A stretch of DNA of 64,000 nucleotides from a virus, in IMG/VR virus record IMGVR_UViG_3300037010_001382, positions 32,001 to 96,000 of that record, one strand, 5' to 3'. This document shows positions 9,538-19,095 of this stretch, one piece after another. Position 1 is the stretch's first letter; the number at the start of each line of letters is the position of its first letter. Under the pieces are notes generated by a model. The model saw nothing but the letters and a program-made list of their open reading frames with translations, searched no databases and was not told the DNA's origin. Both the position numbers and the translations under genes were made by a program.

Positions 9538-10175
9538 TAGGATCTGTCAATAATTATGCCAGATGGATGGAAGGTGCAATTGTTCAGGATTTAGAAGATG
9601 CTGACCTTGTAGTGTTCACAGGTGGTGAGGATGTACATCCTGACTTCTATGGACAACCTTCTCATCCGCAAACGTACTCGAATAAACAACGAGATCGTTA
9701 TGAAATGAAAATTTACGAAGCTGCAATACAAAAAGGCAAACATATAATTGGGATCTGTCGTGGATCCCAATTTTTATGTGTTGCGAATGGTGGGCATTTG
9801 GTGCAGCACCAAGATAATCCACATTACATTCACCCTATCAATATGTTGGATGGCACTGTGTTAGATATTACATCTACACATCATCAAGCAGCATATCCGT
9901 TTGTTTTGCCTAAAGATGAATATCATATCTTAGGCTGGACAGAAGGAATTTCTCCGTTTCATGAGGATGGCAATAAAACGGAGTTAAATCCTGAAAAGGA
10001 ATGTGAAATTGTTTATTATCCTAAGAGTAAATGCTTAGGAATACAAGGACACCCCGAATCAATGCCTACTTCCCATGAAACAATTGCGTATTTGCGCAAG
10101 TTATTAAATGCCTTTTTAATCAACAAAATTGATATTTATGTCACCAAGGAAGAAAGCAGCGCCCGTAGCAATTAA
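9519..10175 (+). CDS. Class I glutamine amidotransferase / peptidase C26-like
   Basis: FTGGEDV.P..Y, nucleophile elbow GICRGSQ, STHHQ, QGHPE. Confidence 0.9.
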   Translation: MRKIYVVGSVNNYARWMEGAIVQDLEDADLVVFTGGEDVHPDFYGQPSHPQTYSNKQRDRYEMKIYEAAIQKGKHIIGICRGSQFLCVANGGHLVQHQDNPHYIHPINMLDGTVLDITSTHHQAAYPFVLPKDEYHILGWTEGISPFHEDGNKTELNPEKECEIVYYPKSKCLGIQGHPESMPTSHETIAYLRKLLNAFLINKIDIYVTKEESSARSN

Positions 10176-11121
10176 AAGACCTCGTAAGGCAGCACCAGCA
10201 GCACCTATCACATTCAGGCCGAAGATTCGTTCTCGTCATCCTTCTCATGGTCATCTGAGAGGCCATTTACCAATGTTACCAGTTCAATCTGTGATCCGCT
10301 TAGGCAGTTCTACACCAATTGAAGGTACTGTTGCGTTAGGTGGTAGGATAATAGAGATCAATACTATCGCAGCAATTGCTAACTCAGCTAATAAAAAGCT
10401 GATGAAACAATGCTTCGATCATGCCGGCGTTATGTCTGCAGATTGGTTCATACGTGATCGTCAAGGTAATTTCTATTTGCAGCAAGGAATAGGAGTAGAT
10501 CCTATACTTACACCGATAGCAGAATTACCTTATCCTTTACTGGCTAAAGGCCATATGGGATCTCGCGGTCGCATGAACCATAAGTTCGAGAACCAGGCAG
10601 AACTGGAAGCTTGGATGCCTCATAAAGATACAAGTATCTATATCTTTGAGAAGTATTACAACTTCACACGTGAGTATCGCCTTCATGTAACAGCTGAAGG
10701 TTGTTTTTACACATGTCGCAAGATGCTTAAGAGAGATGCTGAAAAAGCAGGTGCTTGGCAGCGTCATGATGACAATTGTGTATGGTTTTTGGAGACCAAT
10801 CCTGGTTTCGACAAACCTGCTAATTGGGATGAAATCGTTGAAAATTGTAAAGAAGCATTGCTTTCTACAGAGCTTGATATTGCTTCTTTTGATGTTCGCG
10901 TTCAATCCGCAAGAGATGCGCAGCAGCGTGTTCGTGAAAGATGTGAATTCATCATTATCGAGTGCAATAGCGCAAGCAGCTTAGGTGAATACAGACCAGG
11001 GCAACCTAGTGTTGTAGCAACTAAGTATGTTGAAGTCCTTCCAAGAGTAATATTGAAGAAGGCAAGAGAATACGGTATGATACCTGCAGAAGTAGTTGCT
11101 CCTGTGGCCGTGCCAGCATAG
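10138..11121 (+). CDS. ATP-grasp ligase (RimK/YheCD-like)
   Basis: IRLGS, N....IANSANK..MK, EYRLHV, SFDVRV, IIECNSAS; start set at ATG 10138. Confidence 0.8.
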   Translation: MSPRKKAAPVAIKRPRKAAPAAPITFRPKIRSRHPSHGHLRGHLPMLPVQSVIRLGSSTPIEGTVALGGRIIEINTIAAIANSANKKLMKQCFDHAGVMSADWFIRDRQGNFYLQQGIGVDPILTPIAELPYPLLAKGHMGSRGRMNHKFENQAELEAWMPHKDTSIYIFEKYYNFTREYRLHVTAEGCFYTCRKMLKRDAEKAGAWQRHDDNCVWFLETNPGFDKPANWDEIVENCKEALLSTELDIASFDVRVQSARDAQQRVRERCEFIIIECNSASSLGEYRPGQPSVVATKYVEVLPRVILKKAREYGMIPAEVVAPVAVPA

Positions 11122-11141
11122 TAAATTAAAGAAGAAAGAGC

Positions 11142-13580
11142 ATGTGCGGAATCGCAGGTTTCTCAGGCCATAAGGCCCTGACAAAAGAACAAGCAAAAAT
11201 TGCAGTCAACAAAATGAAGATCCTTGGATTGTTTAATCAATCTAGGGGCACTCATGGCTGTGGTTTGTATATCAATGGGACGATAATCAAGGGGATTGAG
11301 GATCTTGTAGCGAAGAAGAATACTAAAGAATTTGCAAAGTTCATTAGCGATCCTGACTTCATATGGCCTGATTTTGATGTTACTAAGGGTAATGTAATGA
11401 TATTACATACTCGTATGGCAACTCACGGAGCACATACAGAAGCAAATACTCACCCCTTTTTTATAAAATCAGAGAACCCAGTCAATAACCTTGTAGGTGT
11501 GCATAATGGTACACTTGACAATGCCTGGGAACTACTGAAAAAGTATGACGTCGATGCTGTAAAAGAGCACATTCATGTGGATAGTAAAGCGCTGTACACA
11601 CTAATTGACCGAGTTGGTCTTAATATTCTTGAAGAATATAAAGGTGCAGCTGCGTTAGTGTGGAGTAAGCCTTCAGATCCTCGTACATTGTATGCGTTTC
11701 ATGGTTCTTATTATAAGGATCGTAAAGACAAACAATTGTACGAAGAACGTCCTATGCACTGGATGAAGACGGCAGAAGGTATATACTTCTCGAGTATGCC
11801 GGAATCGCTTTTTGCGATAAGAGAAAGTGATAAACAAGAAGTTGAAACTCTTGAGTACAATACAGTATTCAAAGTTACTAATGGTAAGTTTACTACTACA
11901 AAAGTTGAGATAAAAAGAGAGAATACTAACTTAAAGCCAGAGTACACTCCTGTACCTGCTAGAGCACAAGTAATCCCTTTCAACGAGCAGCAGACTACTC
12001 CGATGAGTTCCCGCAACGCAAGAACAATCGTAGAAGACACAGAACGCACAGAGCGTATGATCCGCATGAGGAATGCGACTGCAGATAAGAAAGATAAGTT
12101 GCTTAATGTACCTAAATCTTCTCTTGTTTGGCGTGAAACAAAGCCTGCTAAAAGTGTCTCAGTACGTTTGGATGAAATTGTATATTTCTGGAAAGGACGT
12201 TATCACAGAAGTTCTGGTGATAAGTTCTGTAACGGACTGTTATACATTGCTGATCGCGGCGTAATTACAACAGATGCTGATAAAGTAGCAAGTAAGTTCT
12301 ACTTCTATGAAGGCGTACTTATGAAGAATGCTACAGCATGGGAAGCATTAGTACAAGAAGCAAACATGAAAGATTCATGGGTACATGATCTCTCGTCGAT
12401 GTATGCCTATAATATTAGTCGTTTCTCACAACATCCAGTAACCCACTTAGATTCTGAGTGTGTAGATGGCGAAGATTACTTCAGATACAGTTGGTATTTG
12501 GATGAACGTAGAGTAACATCTAAGTATCGTCCATTATTCTCTGGTCGTTGTTATCATATCGATGATGGCTTCTTAGTTACTATCATTCCTAGTAATGGGG
12601 ATGAAAAGAAAACTATAGAAGGCGATCTTGATGATATAGTTACAGCTTTGGAAAACAAGTTCACTGTATTACCTGGAGATGTTTGTTGTACTACACCTGT
12701 AGGATATACTCAAACAAGCGTATTTGACATAGTTTTTAATGATGTACCAACATTGTTTGAAACTTTGAACTATGAGGAAATGGAAGCATTATCACGCTTT
12801 GCGCATGATAAACTGTTAAACGAAAACAAGAGTAACGATCTTGAATGCGTACAGGCTGAAGTTCATTTAACCATTAAGAACGGTGTTGCTTCAAAGAAAA
12901 CAATCAGAGAAGCATTCAACGATCAGGATCATTTACTCAATGGATATTTAAAAGTTATCCTCGATGAGAAAGTTGATACTGTAGAAGCATTAGATGTTGT
13001 TAATACAACTGCTCCATTTAACACAAATGAAGACGATGATATTGATGATGATCAAGTTGGCGATTTGACTCCTGAAGAGCAAAAAGCTGCTGATGATGCA
13101 TGGGCTAAATGGGGTAATTTTCGTGGTGTAGGTTCTGGTAGGCCAAAAGGTAGTGAGGACAGACCAGGAGCTTTGGTCGATGCGGAAAGTCCCTTTCCCA
13201 ACTTGCTCGACGACGACGTTGAAACACAAAACTTTCACGTTGCCCAATTCCTCGGAACTAATGGTGACGAAGAAAAAGAAGACCACTTTGTGGAACACTT
13301 TGAAGCAGACATGGAGCGAGCTTTGGAGTTAAAGAAAATAAAACAACAAATAGCTTTTCTGAAAAGTGATAGTGATAAGGTGGAAGAAGTGATTGATGAC
13401 TTAGGTGAGATTGAGCTTAAAGCGGATGAACTTCGCTTGAGTAAAACTGATCTTGGTAAAGATTGTTCCTTTCATATTTACAAAGGATTAAGTATGCTTA
13501 AACATGCGTTGTCAAATGTGTGTGAAATACATTTTCAGGACGACTTGGTAAAGAAGTTAAATTTAGTAATACGCGCTTAA
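11142..13580 (+). CDS. Class II (Ntn) glutamine amidotransferase with long C-terminal extension
   Basis: N-terminal MCGIAG, RGTHGCG, HTRMATHG, NTHPF, GVHNGTL, VDS; about 500 extra aa, partly acidic. Confidence 0.88.
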   Translation: MCGIAGFSGHKALTKEQAKIAVNKMKILGLFNQSRGTHGCGLYINGTIIKGIEDLVAKKNTKEFAKFISDPDFIWPDFDVTKGNVMILHTRMATHGAHTEANTHPFFIKSENPVNNLVGVHNGTLDNAWELLKKYDVDAVKEHIHVDSKALYTLIDRVGLNILEEYKGAAALVWSKPSDPRTLYAFHGSYYKDRKDKQLYEERPMHWMKTAEGIYFSSMPESLFAIRESDKQEVETLEYNTVFKVTNGKFTTTKVEIKRENTNLKPEYTPVPARAQVIPFNEQQTTPMSSRNARTIVEDTERTERMIRMRNATADKKDKLLNVPKSSLVWRETKPAKSVSVRLDEIVYFWKGRYHRSSGDKFCNGLLYIADRGVITTDADKVASKFYFYEGVLMKNATAWEALVQEANMKDSWVHDLSSMYAYNISRFSQHPVTHLDSECVDGEDYFRYSWYLDERRVTSKYRPLFSGRCYHIDDGFLVTIIPSNGDEKKTIEGDLDDIVTALENKFTVLPGDVCCTTPVGYTQTSVFDIVFNDVPTLFETLNYEEMEALSRFAHDKLLNENKSNDLECVQAEVHLTIKNGVASKKTIREAFNDQDHLLNGYLKVILDEKVDTVEALDVVNTTAPFNTNEDDDIDDDQVGDLTPEEQKAADDAWAKWGNFRGVGSGRPKGSEDRPGALVDAESPFPNLLDDDVETQNFHVAQFLGTNGDEEKEDHFVEHFEADMERALELKKIKQQIAFLKSDSDKVEEVIDDLGEIELKADELRLSKTDLGKDCSFHIYKGLSMLKHALSNVCEIHFQDDLVKKLNLVIRA

Positions 13581-13585
13581 TAAGA

Positions 13586-15100
13586 ATGATTTCATATAAA
13601 GACGATCCGAAGCTTAAGCTTCAGGTTGTAACGACAGTTACAGGAGATAAGGAATATCGTAGGAATTGCAAGAATATTGGGCAGAAGTACTACGTAATAG
13701 ATAAGGACTGTTTCTTAGTCGAGGGAAAATGGTACAGGGTGGAGTCAGGCAAGATTGAGTTTGACCACGAAAAAAAAGTGTGGCATTTGAAGACCAAGAA
13801 TAACCTGTCAAAAGGTGTTGTTGGTATAGGCCCACTTGGGGCTTTTGTTTATGGGCAGTTCACACCAAACATTTACAACAATTGTAAAGTGTATGATAGA
13901 CTTACAGGTAACAATGTACTTGCTATTAATAGTGAAGTGTTGCAAACGAATGGCTATTTTGAAGATATCGCAACCAATATCTGGTATTATTCTAAGGAGA
14001 TGACTTCCAATCAGATTAAGAAGATGCAGAGTATCAGAAATGAAGTAAACTTTCAAAATAAAGGTTACAACATTGAAGACAATGCTGTTGAATTTGATCA
14101 GAAGAAGGAGTCATACGCGAATTTTCCAACAGTTATAAGTAAGGAAGCCCGAGCTTATGGTAAACTGCTTGGTGATACAACATTTGGTGCTGAAATAGAA
14201 ACTTCGGAGGGTAACCTTCCTAATTCTGCTCAGTACCGAATGGGATTAGTAGGTTGTCGTGATGGTAGCATTAATTCAGCGGAATGGGTAACTGTTCCTA
14301 TGGCTGGTGCTAAAGGTGTACAAAATCTTGTTGATGTTTCAGAAGTTGTTTCGGCACGTTGTAACATTGACATTAATTGTTCATTACATTATCACTTCGG
14401 TAACATACCAAAGTCGAGAGAATATCTGGTAGCATTGTATACGCTTGCGTATAAGATGCAGGATGATGTATTTAAGATGTTTCCGTACTTTAAAACGGAT
14501 CATCGTGGGATCAAAAAGAAGAATTATTGCCAGAAGTTAAAGAAGATGAGTATTTATGTTTGTAAAGATCTGTCAAAGGAAGGATACGACACTTACATCA
14601 ATGAAATGTATGTAAGGATATTTACTTTTTTATCTGATGGTACTCCGCCAGGTGAGAATGCTAATAGGAAGCGTCAACAACATCCTATTCAGAATAAGTG
14701 GGATCGCAAGTCTCGTTATTTCTGGCTGAATCTGCAGAACATGATCTTTAGTGAACGTGAGACAGCAGAGTTCAGATTGCATACTGCCACTACGAATAAA
14801 GTAAAAATGATCAGTTGGTTGTTTATGTGTAATGCAATCGTTAAGTATGCGGAAGCAAATCTTAAAGAAATCATAACCAACCCTGATAAGATTTCTTTTA
14901 CGAAAGTATTAAAGTATTATGAAAGTCACTTTCCTGATAATAAAATAGCTAAATACTTAAGCGATTATTTGATTTCGTACTACGAGAGCAGATGTGTTGT
15001 ATTTGCTAAGGATTTTGAAAGAAGTGACTTCCTGAGTGAGCATGATATTAAGAGTGATAAGAAGTTTGATTTCGTCTATGACGGTCTTAAGTTGTTATAA
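13586..15100 (+). CDS. Putative amidoligase (Amidoligase_2-like)
   Basis: TFGAEIET, DGSI..AEWVT, CSLHYHFG, RY.WLN, TAEFRLH. Confidence 0.85.
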   Translation: MISYKDDPKLKLQVVTTVTGDKEYRRNCKNIGQKYYVIDKDCFLVEGKWYRVESGKIEFDHEKKVWHLKTKNNLSKGVVGIGPLGAFVYGQFTPNIYNNCKVYDRLTGNNVLAINSEVLQTNGYFEDIATNIWYYSKEMTSNQIKKMQSIRNEVNFQNKGYNIEDNAVEFDQKKESYANFPTVISKEARAYGKLLGDTTFGAEIETSEGNLPNSAQYRMGLVGCRDGSINSAEWVTVPMAGAKGVQNLVDVSEVVSARCNIDINCSLHYHFGNIPKSREYLVALYTLAYKMQDDVFKMFPYFKTDHRGIKKKNYCQKLKKMSIYVCKDLSKEGYDTYINEMYVRIFTFLSDGTPPGENANRKRQQHPIQNKWDRKSRYFWLNLQNMIFSERETAEFRLHTATTNKVKMISWLFMCNAIVKYAEANLKEIITNPDKISFTKVLKYYESHFPDNKIAKYLSDYLISYYESRCVVFAKDFERSDFLSEHDIKSDKKFDFVYDGLKLL

Positions 15101-15158
15101 AGAAGCCGAGAGTGGATTGGTGTAATGCTGTAAAGCGAGCATGCTCTCACATTCTTTA

Positions 15159-15190
15159 TTTGTTTTTATCATTATTTATTCGTACCTTTG
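15159..15190 (+). promoter_or_regulatory. Bacteroidetes-type promoter
   Basis: TTTG 15159-15162, N20, TACCTTTG 15183-15190. Confidence 0.8.
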
Positions 15191-15196
15191 TATCCT

Positions 15197-15682
15197 ATGT
15201 GGATATATAAAGGACAAATAATAGAATCGGCTGAAGATTTACCTAGAGATGTTGTTGGTTTCATTTATGTGATGACTAACAAAGAATCTGGACGTAGATA
15301 TATAGGCAAGAAATACATTTACTCAGAACGTAAGAAATCACTTACGAAAAAAGAGATTGCATTACTTGAGAATAAAAGACTCAAGAAATGGAAAACAGTA
15401 ATTACAGAATCTGATTGGCTTACTTATACTTCATCCTCTAAAGATGTTAATGAAGAAATTAAGAATGGTCAAGAATTCTATAGGGAAATTATCGAATTTA
15501 CTTATAGCAAGATTCAAACTACATATTTAGAAGTAAAACTTCAGTTTGTTTATAATGTTTTGGAATCTGATGAATGGTATAATGGTAACATTAATCATCA
15601 TTGGTTCAAGGGCAACATCGGAATGGATCATGACACCAGAGAGCGTGGAAGAGATCCTCTTACAGATGAAAATCACGCGTAG
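15197..15682 (+). CDS. GIY-YIG family endonuclease
   Basis: GFIY..TN...RRYIGKK, W..Y.SS, REI, YN.NI; start moved to the ATG downstream of the promoter. Confidence 0.8.
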   Translation: MWIYKGQIIESAEDLPRDVVGFIYVMTNKESGRRYIGKKYIYSERKKSLTKKEIALLENKRLKKWKTVITESDWLTYTSSSKDVNEEIKNGQEFYREIIEFTYSKIQTTYLEVKLQFVYNVLESDEWYNGNINHHWFKGNIGMDHDTRERGRDPLTDENHA

Positions 15683-15812
15683 TGATGCTGTAGAGGATAT
15701 TTATTTAGCAGGAGAAAGGCCACTTATCAGCAATGAGGAAATAAGTGGCTTACAGTTTGAAGATTTAGTCGAGGAGCTTGAAGAAGCTGAGGGGATTATT
15801 TTCAACATTTAA
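15630..15812 (+). CDS. Small acidic hypothetical protein
   Basis: MTPESVEE... portion of ORF 15546-15812, overlapping the end of the endonuclease. Confidence 0.45.
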   Translation: MTPESVEEILLQMKITRSDAVEDIYLAGERPLISNEEISGLQFEDLVEELEEAEGIIFNI

Positions 15813-15839
15813 GAAGAAAACAACACAGGAATAATATAA

Positions 15840-16979
15840 ATGCAGGATAGTGAGTATAGGAAAAGGTGGGGCATTAGTCAGAGTGCAATAAAAGACTTCC
15901 AATTTAAGTCACCGAAAAAGTGGAAGAGTATCTGGATCGATCTCAAGTACGATCTAGACAAGAATGAAGATACATTTGTTATGGGTAGTTTAATAGATAC
16001 TCTATTATTTACGCCTAGAGATATGGATTTACGTTTTTATATAGGTGAAGAAAAGTTACCATCAAAAGCAATTGCTTCAATTATTAGAGATTATTATAAT
16101 TCTATAATAAAAGAGAATTTGCTTATAGATGAGATGAATAAAGCAATACCAGTAGAATTACCACATCTCAATTTTGAGTCGGCAATAGGATTACTAGAGC
16201 AATGCGCTAATAGATATTCTTATAAAGATGGTGATGAAGAGAAAGTAGGTTGGAATACTGGTTGGAAAGCAGAAACACGCGTGAGAACGCTGCTCGAAAA
16301 GGGAGCTGATTATTATGCTTCACTTAAGGCATCAAAGGGACGAAAGATCATATCTGCAGAGATGAATCTAGAAGCAGCACAAATATGTGAAATTCTAAGA
16401 GCAGATCCTAAGGTAAGAGATTACTTTGTTCCTAATGAGGATAATCATCTCATGTTCCAATTAGAATTGTATACAACTTATCCATTAATCAATGGACAGA
16501 ATATGCCTCTAAAAGGAGCTTTAGATATCGTTAGGTTTAATCACAAGGATAAAACTGCACAGATTATAGATTTTAAGAGTTCATACTCAGCATTTGGATT
16601 TGTTAGTAGCATTAGACAATTCGGTTATTGTGACCAATTGAGCTATTACGATTTCTTATTAAGAGAATGGATGATTGAAGCTTGTGAAGGTAAATATTGT
16701 GATTATAAAGTATTACCTCCAATGAATATAGTAATAGATATTGCGGATCGAATTCCGTATGTTTATGAATATCAGTGGAGAGATATTGCATTGGCAGCTG
16801 ATGGTAATCGAGAATTCTTATTCAATTTATTTCAAACTCATGACCACAATGTCAAGATTAAGAAAGGATGGAAGAAGTTACTTGACGAAATTGGATGGCA
16901 CTGGCAGAACGATCTCTGGGATAAGCCAAAAGAGTTGTATGAAAACGACAAAATAACAGTTAACTTGCTGAATAACTAA
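15840..16979 (+). CDS. PD-(D/E)XK exonuclease (RecE/ExoVIII, DUF3799-like)
   Basis: SQSAIKDF, MGSLID.LL, LKGALD...IIDFKS, QLSYY. Confidence 0.8.
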   Translation: MQDSEYRKRWGISQSAIKDFQFKSPKKWKSIWIDLKYDLDKNEDTFVMGSLIDTLLFTPRDMDLRFYIGEEKLPSKAIASIIRDYYNSIIKENLLIDEMNKAIPVELPHLNFESAIGLLEQCANRYSYKDGDEEKVGWNTGWKAETRVRTLLEKGADYYASLKASKGRKIISAEMNLEAAQICEILRADPKVRDYFVPNEDNHLMFQLELYTTYPLINGQNMPLKGALDIVRFNHKDKTAQIIDFKSSYSAFGFVSSIRQFGYCDQLSYYDFLLREWMIEACEGKYCDYKVLPPMNIVIDIADRIPYVYEYQWRDIALAADGNREFLFNLFQTHDHNVKIKKGWKKLLDEIGWHWQNDLWDKPKELYENDKITVNLLNN

Positions 16980-16980
16980 G

Positions 16981-17643
16981 ATGATAAGAAACGATGTTGA
17001 TATAAATTCAACTGTTTCTGAATACTACAAAGAAAACATAACGGAATACACTGTTGGGAGGCTGAATAAGACCTCCCATTTTGTTTTGCCTATGATTGAT
17101 CTAAGTACAACAGGAGCGGTTATATCAAGGTATTTAAGGAATGCATTCTTGGACGATGAAGGTATAGAGCATGATTTTACAAGACCAGTGTTCTTATTAT
17201 TCAGAGTTAAGAATCCTAAAGATAAACCATGGACAGATTTCTGCAAAGCCAGTGTAAACAGAGATGCTTACATTACAGACTATTACGTTGGACGCGATAG
17301 TGACAATGCAGATCTGATCATGTTTGTTTTTCAGGTTCCTGAAAAGTGGAGTGACGACTTTGAATTTTACAAGATAGGTCGTTATTCATTGACTTCTAAA
17401 GAGTATAAGAATAAGTTTCCAGAGTTTGTGTTTACTCCATCTGGAGCAAAACGTGAAACTAGAGCTTGGGGAATACTCAATAAAAGTGAGACTCTTAAGG
17501 ATGAAGTAGTAAAACATTTCATTAATCCTGGAACTTCTAAGCCTGAAGATGTCATTTCTCTGCGACGAGAGATGAATACGTGGGATGAGATTTGGGATAA
17601 ACCGATGGAGAAAGAAGAGATATTTCGTTATATCGCAAAGTAA
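16981..17643 (+). CDS. Hypothetical protein, crAss-like
   Basis: 220-aa ORF 1 nt after the exonuclease; FVLPMI...GRYS..SKEYK. Confidence 0.65.
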   Translation: MIRNDVDINSTVSEYYKENITEYTVGRLNKTSHFVLPMIDLSTTGAVISRYLRNAFLDDEGIEHDFTRPVFLLFRVKNPKDKPWTDFCKASVNRDAYITDYYVGRDSDNADLIMFVFQVPEKWSDDFEFYKIGRYSLTSKEYKNKFPEFVFTPSGAKRETRAWGILNKSETLKDEVVKHFINPGTSKPEDVISLRREMNTWDEIWDKPMEKEEIFRYIAK

Positions 17644-17659
17644 AAAATAATATTAAACA

Positions 17660-17911
17660 ATGCAACAGGGCATAATAATAAATTTCCCGTCTTTTAAACC
17701 TGAAAAAGGTATGACTATTAGACCTAGAAGTGGTGCACGAGTTCCATCTGTAGTTAAATACGGATGGAGTACTGCTATAATCTTAAAGGTCGCTGATTGT
17801 ACCTTTGATAAAGGTGTCAAAGAGCTTCGCATTGGAGGTATAGCAAATGGTAAAGAATTTGTCTGTTTAGAATATTCTGATAACATTGAAGAAAAACCAA
17901 TAAATGCGTAA
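17660..17911 (+). CDS. Hypothetical protein
   Basis: Stop overlaps the next start (TAATG). Confidence 0.55.
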   Translation: MQQGIIINFPSFKPEKGMTIRPRSGARVPSVVKYGWSTAIILKVADCTFDKGVKELRIGGIANGKEFVCLEYSDNIEEKPINA

Positions 17912-18669
17912 TGGCTAGAGTTTTAGCAGTTGGTGACATTCGTGGTAATCACGAAATAGTTACTCAAGCGTTCGATAAGTTTTTGAGAGAAGACTACGAC
18001 AAAATCATATTTATTGGCAATTTTGCAGATAGCTTAACAAGAGAGGATAAGGATATCATAAGAGCGTTTCACGTTGCTTTAGCTGTCAAACAAACTTATC
18101 CTGATAGAGTTATACTGCTACGAGGACAAGCAGATGAAGCTTATTTTCATCATGATGCTTATGGCTATCGTGCTAAGACGTTCAGACCGTCTTTACATCG
18201 TGCTTTAAGCCACATACTCATACCTAAGGATGATTCTTTTAAGCATGCTTATAATATGGGTAATTTTTTATTTACGCATGGTGGTATTTCACTTAAATGG
18301 TTTCTGAAACATTACACTACAATACTTACTTGGGCAAATCATATGGGTCTTGATCCAGAAGAGCCAAGAGATATAGCATCGCTAATTAATGGTATAGCCA
18401 AAACTGCAGATCGAAAGATTTTGCATGAGAAGGCTGCAACTTATGGCGGTTACGAAAGTGATTTAGGAGGACCATTATGGTGTGATAAATCAGAATTAAT
18501 GATTGGACCGTTATATGGAGTTAATCAGGTTGTTGGTAACAGTCCTGAGAACTTTATATATCGTTTTCATCGTTTTGCTGATGATAAGCATAGAGAAAAC
18601 ACAAGCGTAACATTCATTGATGTTCTTGATAGAAGAACTCAATTTTTAACATTAGATATAAAAGGATAA
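17911..18669 (+). CDS. Calcineurin-like metallophosphoesterase fold, most metal ligands substituted
   Basis: VGDIRG, IGNFAD, RGQAD, THGG, GPLW, QVVGNS in canonical order. Confidence 0.75.
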   Translation: MARVLAVGDIRGNHEIVTQAFDKFLREDYDKIIFIGNFADSLTREDKDIIRAFHVALAVKQTYPDRVILLRGQADEAYFHHDAYGYRAKTFRPSLHRALSHILIPKDDSFKHAYNMGNFLFTHGGISLKWFLKHYTTILTWANHMGLDPEEPRDIASLINGIAKTADRKILHEKAATYGGYESDLGGPLWCDKSELMIGPLYGVNQVVGNSPENFIYRFHRFADDKHRENTSVTFIDVLDRRTQFLTLDIKG

Positions 18670-18676
18670 AAAGAAA

Positions 18677-19060
18677 TTGGAAGACGAAGTATTAGTAATA
18701 CCGCAAGGTGTAGAAATTATAACAAGGGAACAGGTATTGGAAGATAAAGAACTCTTGTATCAATACATGGCACAGAACAATACGTTTGAGTTCAATATGA
18801 ACAAAGCGTTGGAAGAATGTGTCGAGTTTATGGAGGTTTTAATAAAACTTCAGACAAAGAGTAAAGCAAATCCACGCTGTCCTAGTCCAATAGATGCGAT
18901 CCATGAATTTGCTGATGTAATGTTGCGTGGATCAATAGCACTTATGTCTTTATTTCCTAATGATAAAGAGTTTGATGAAGAATTAACTCGTTATTTGGAA
19001 GAAAAAGAAGGTAAGTTGTTAGGTTGGCTTGAAGCAGGAACTTATCATAAAGGTCTGTAA
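18677..19060 (+). CDS. MazG-like NTP pyrophosphohydrolase
   Basis: KALEECVEF...HEFADV (EExxE...ExxD) helical motif. Confidence 0.6.
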   Translation: MEDEVLVIPQGVEIITREQVLEDKELLYQYMAQNNTFEFNMNKALEECVEFMEVLIKLQTKSKANPRCPSPIDAIHEFADVMLRGSIALMSLFPNDKEFDEELTRYLEEKEGKLLGWLEAGTYHKGL

Positions 19061-19095
19061 TAAGTAAAGTAGAAAAGTAGTAAATTTAAGTAGTA

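Noticed and set aside
17800-17807. TACCTTTG promoter-like box
   Set aside because: It is inside a coding region and has no TTTG 20 nt upstream.
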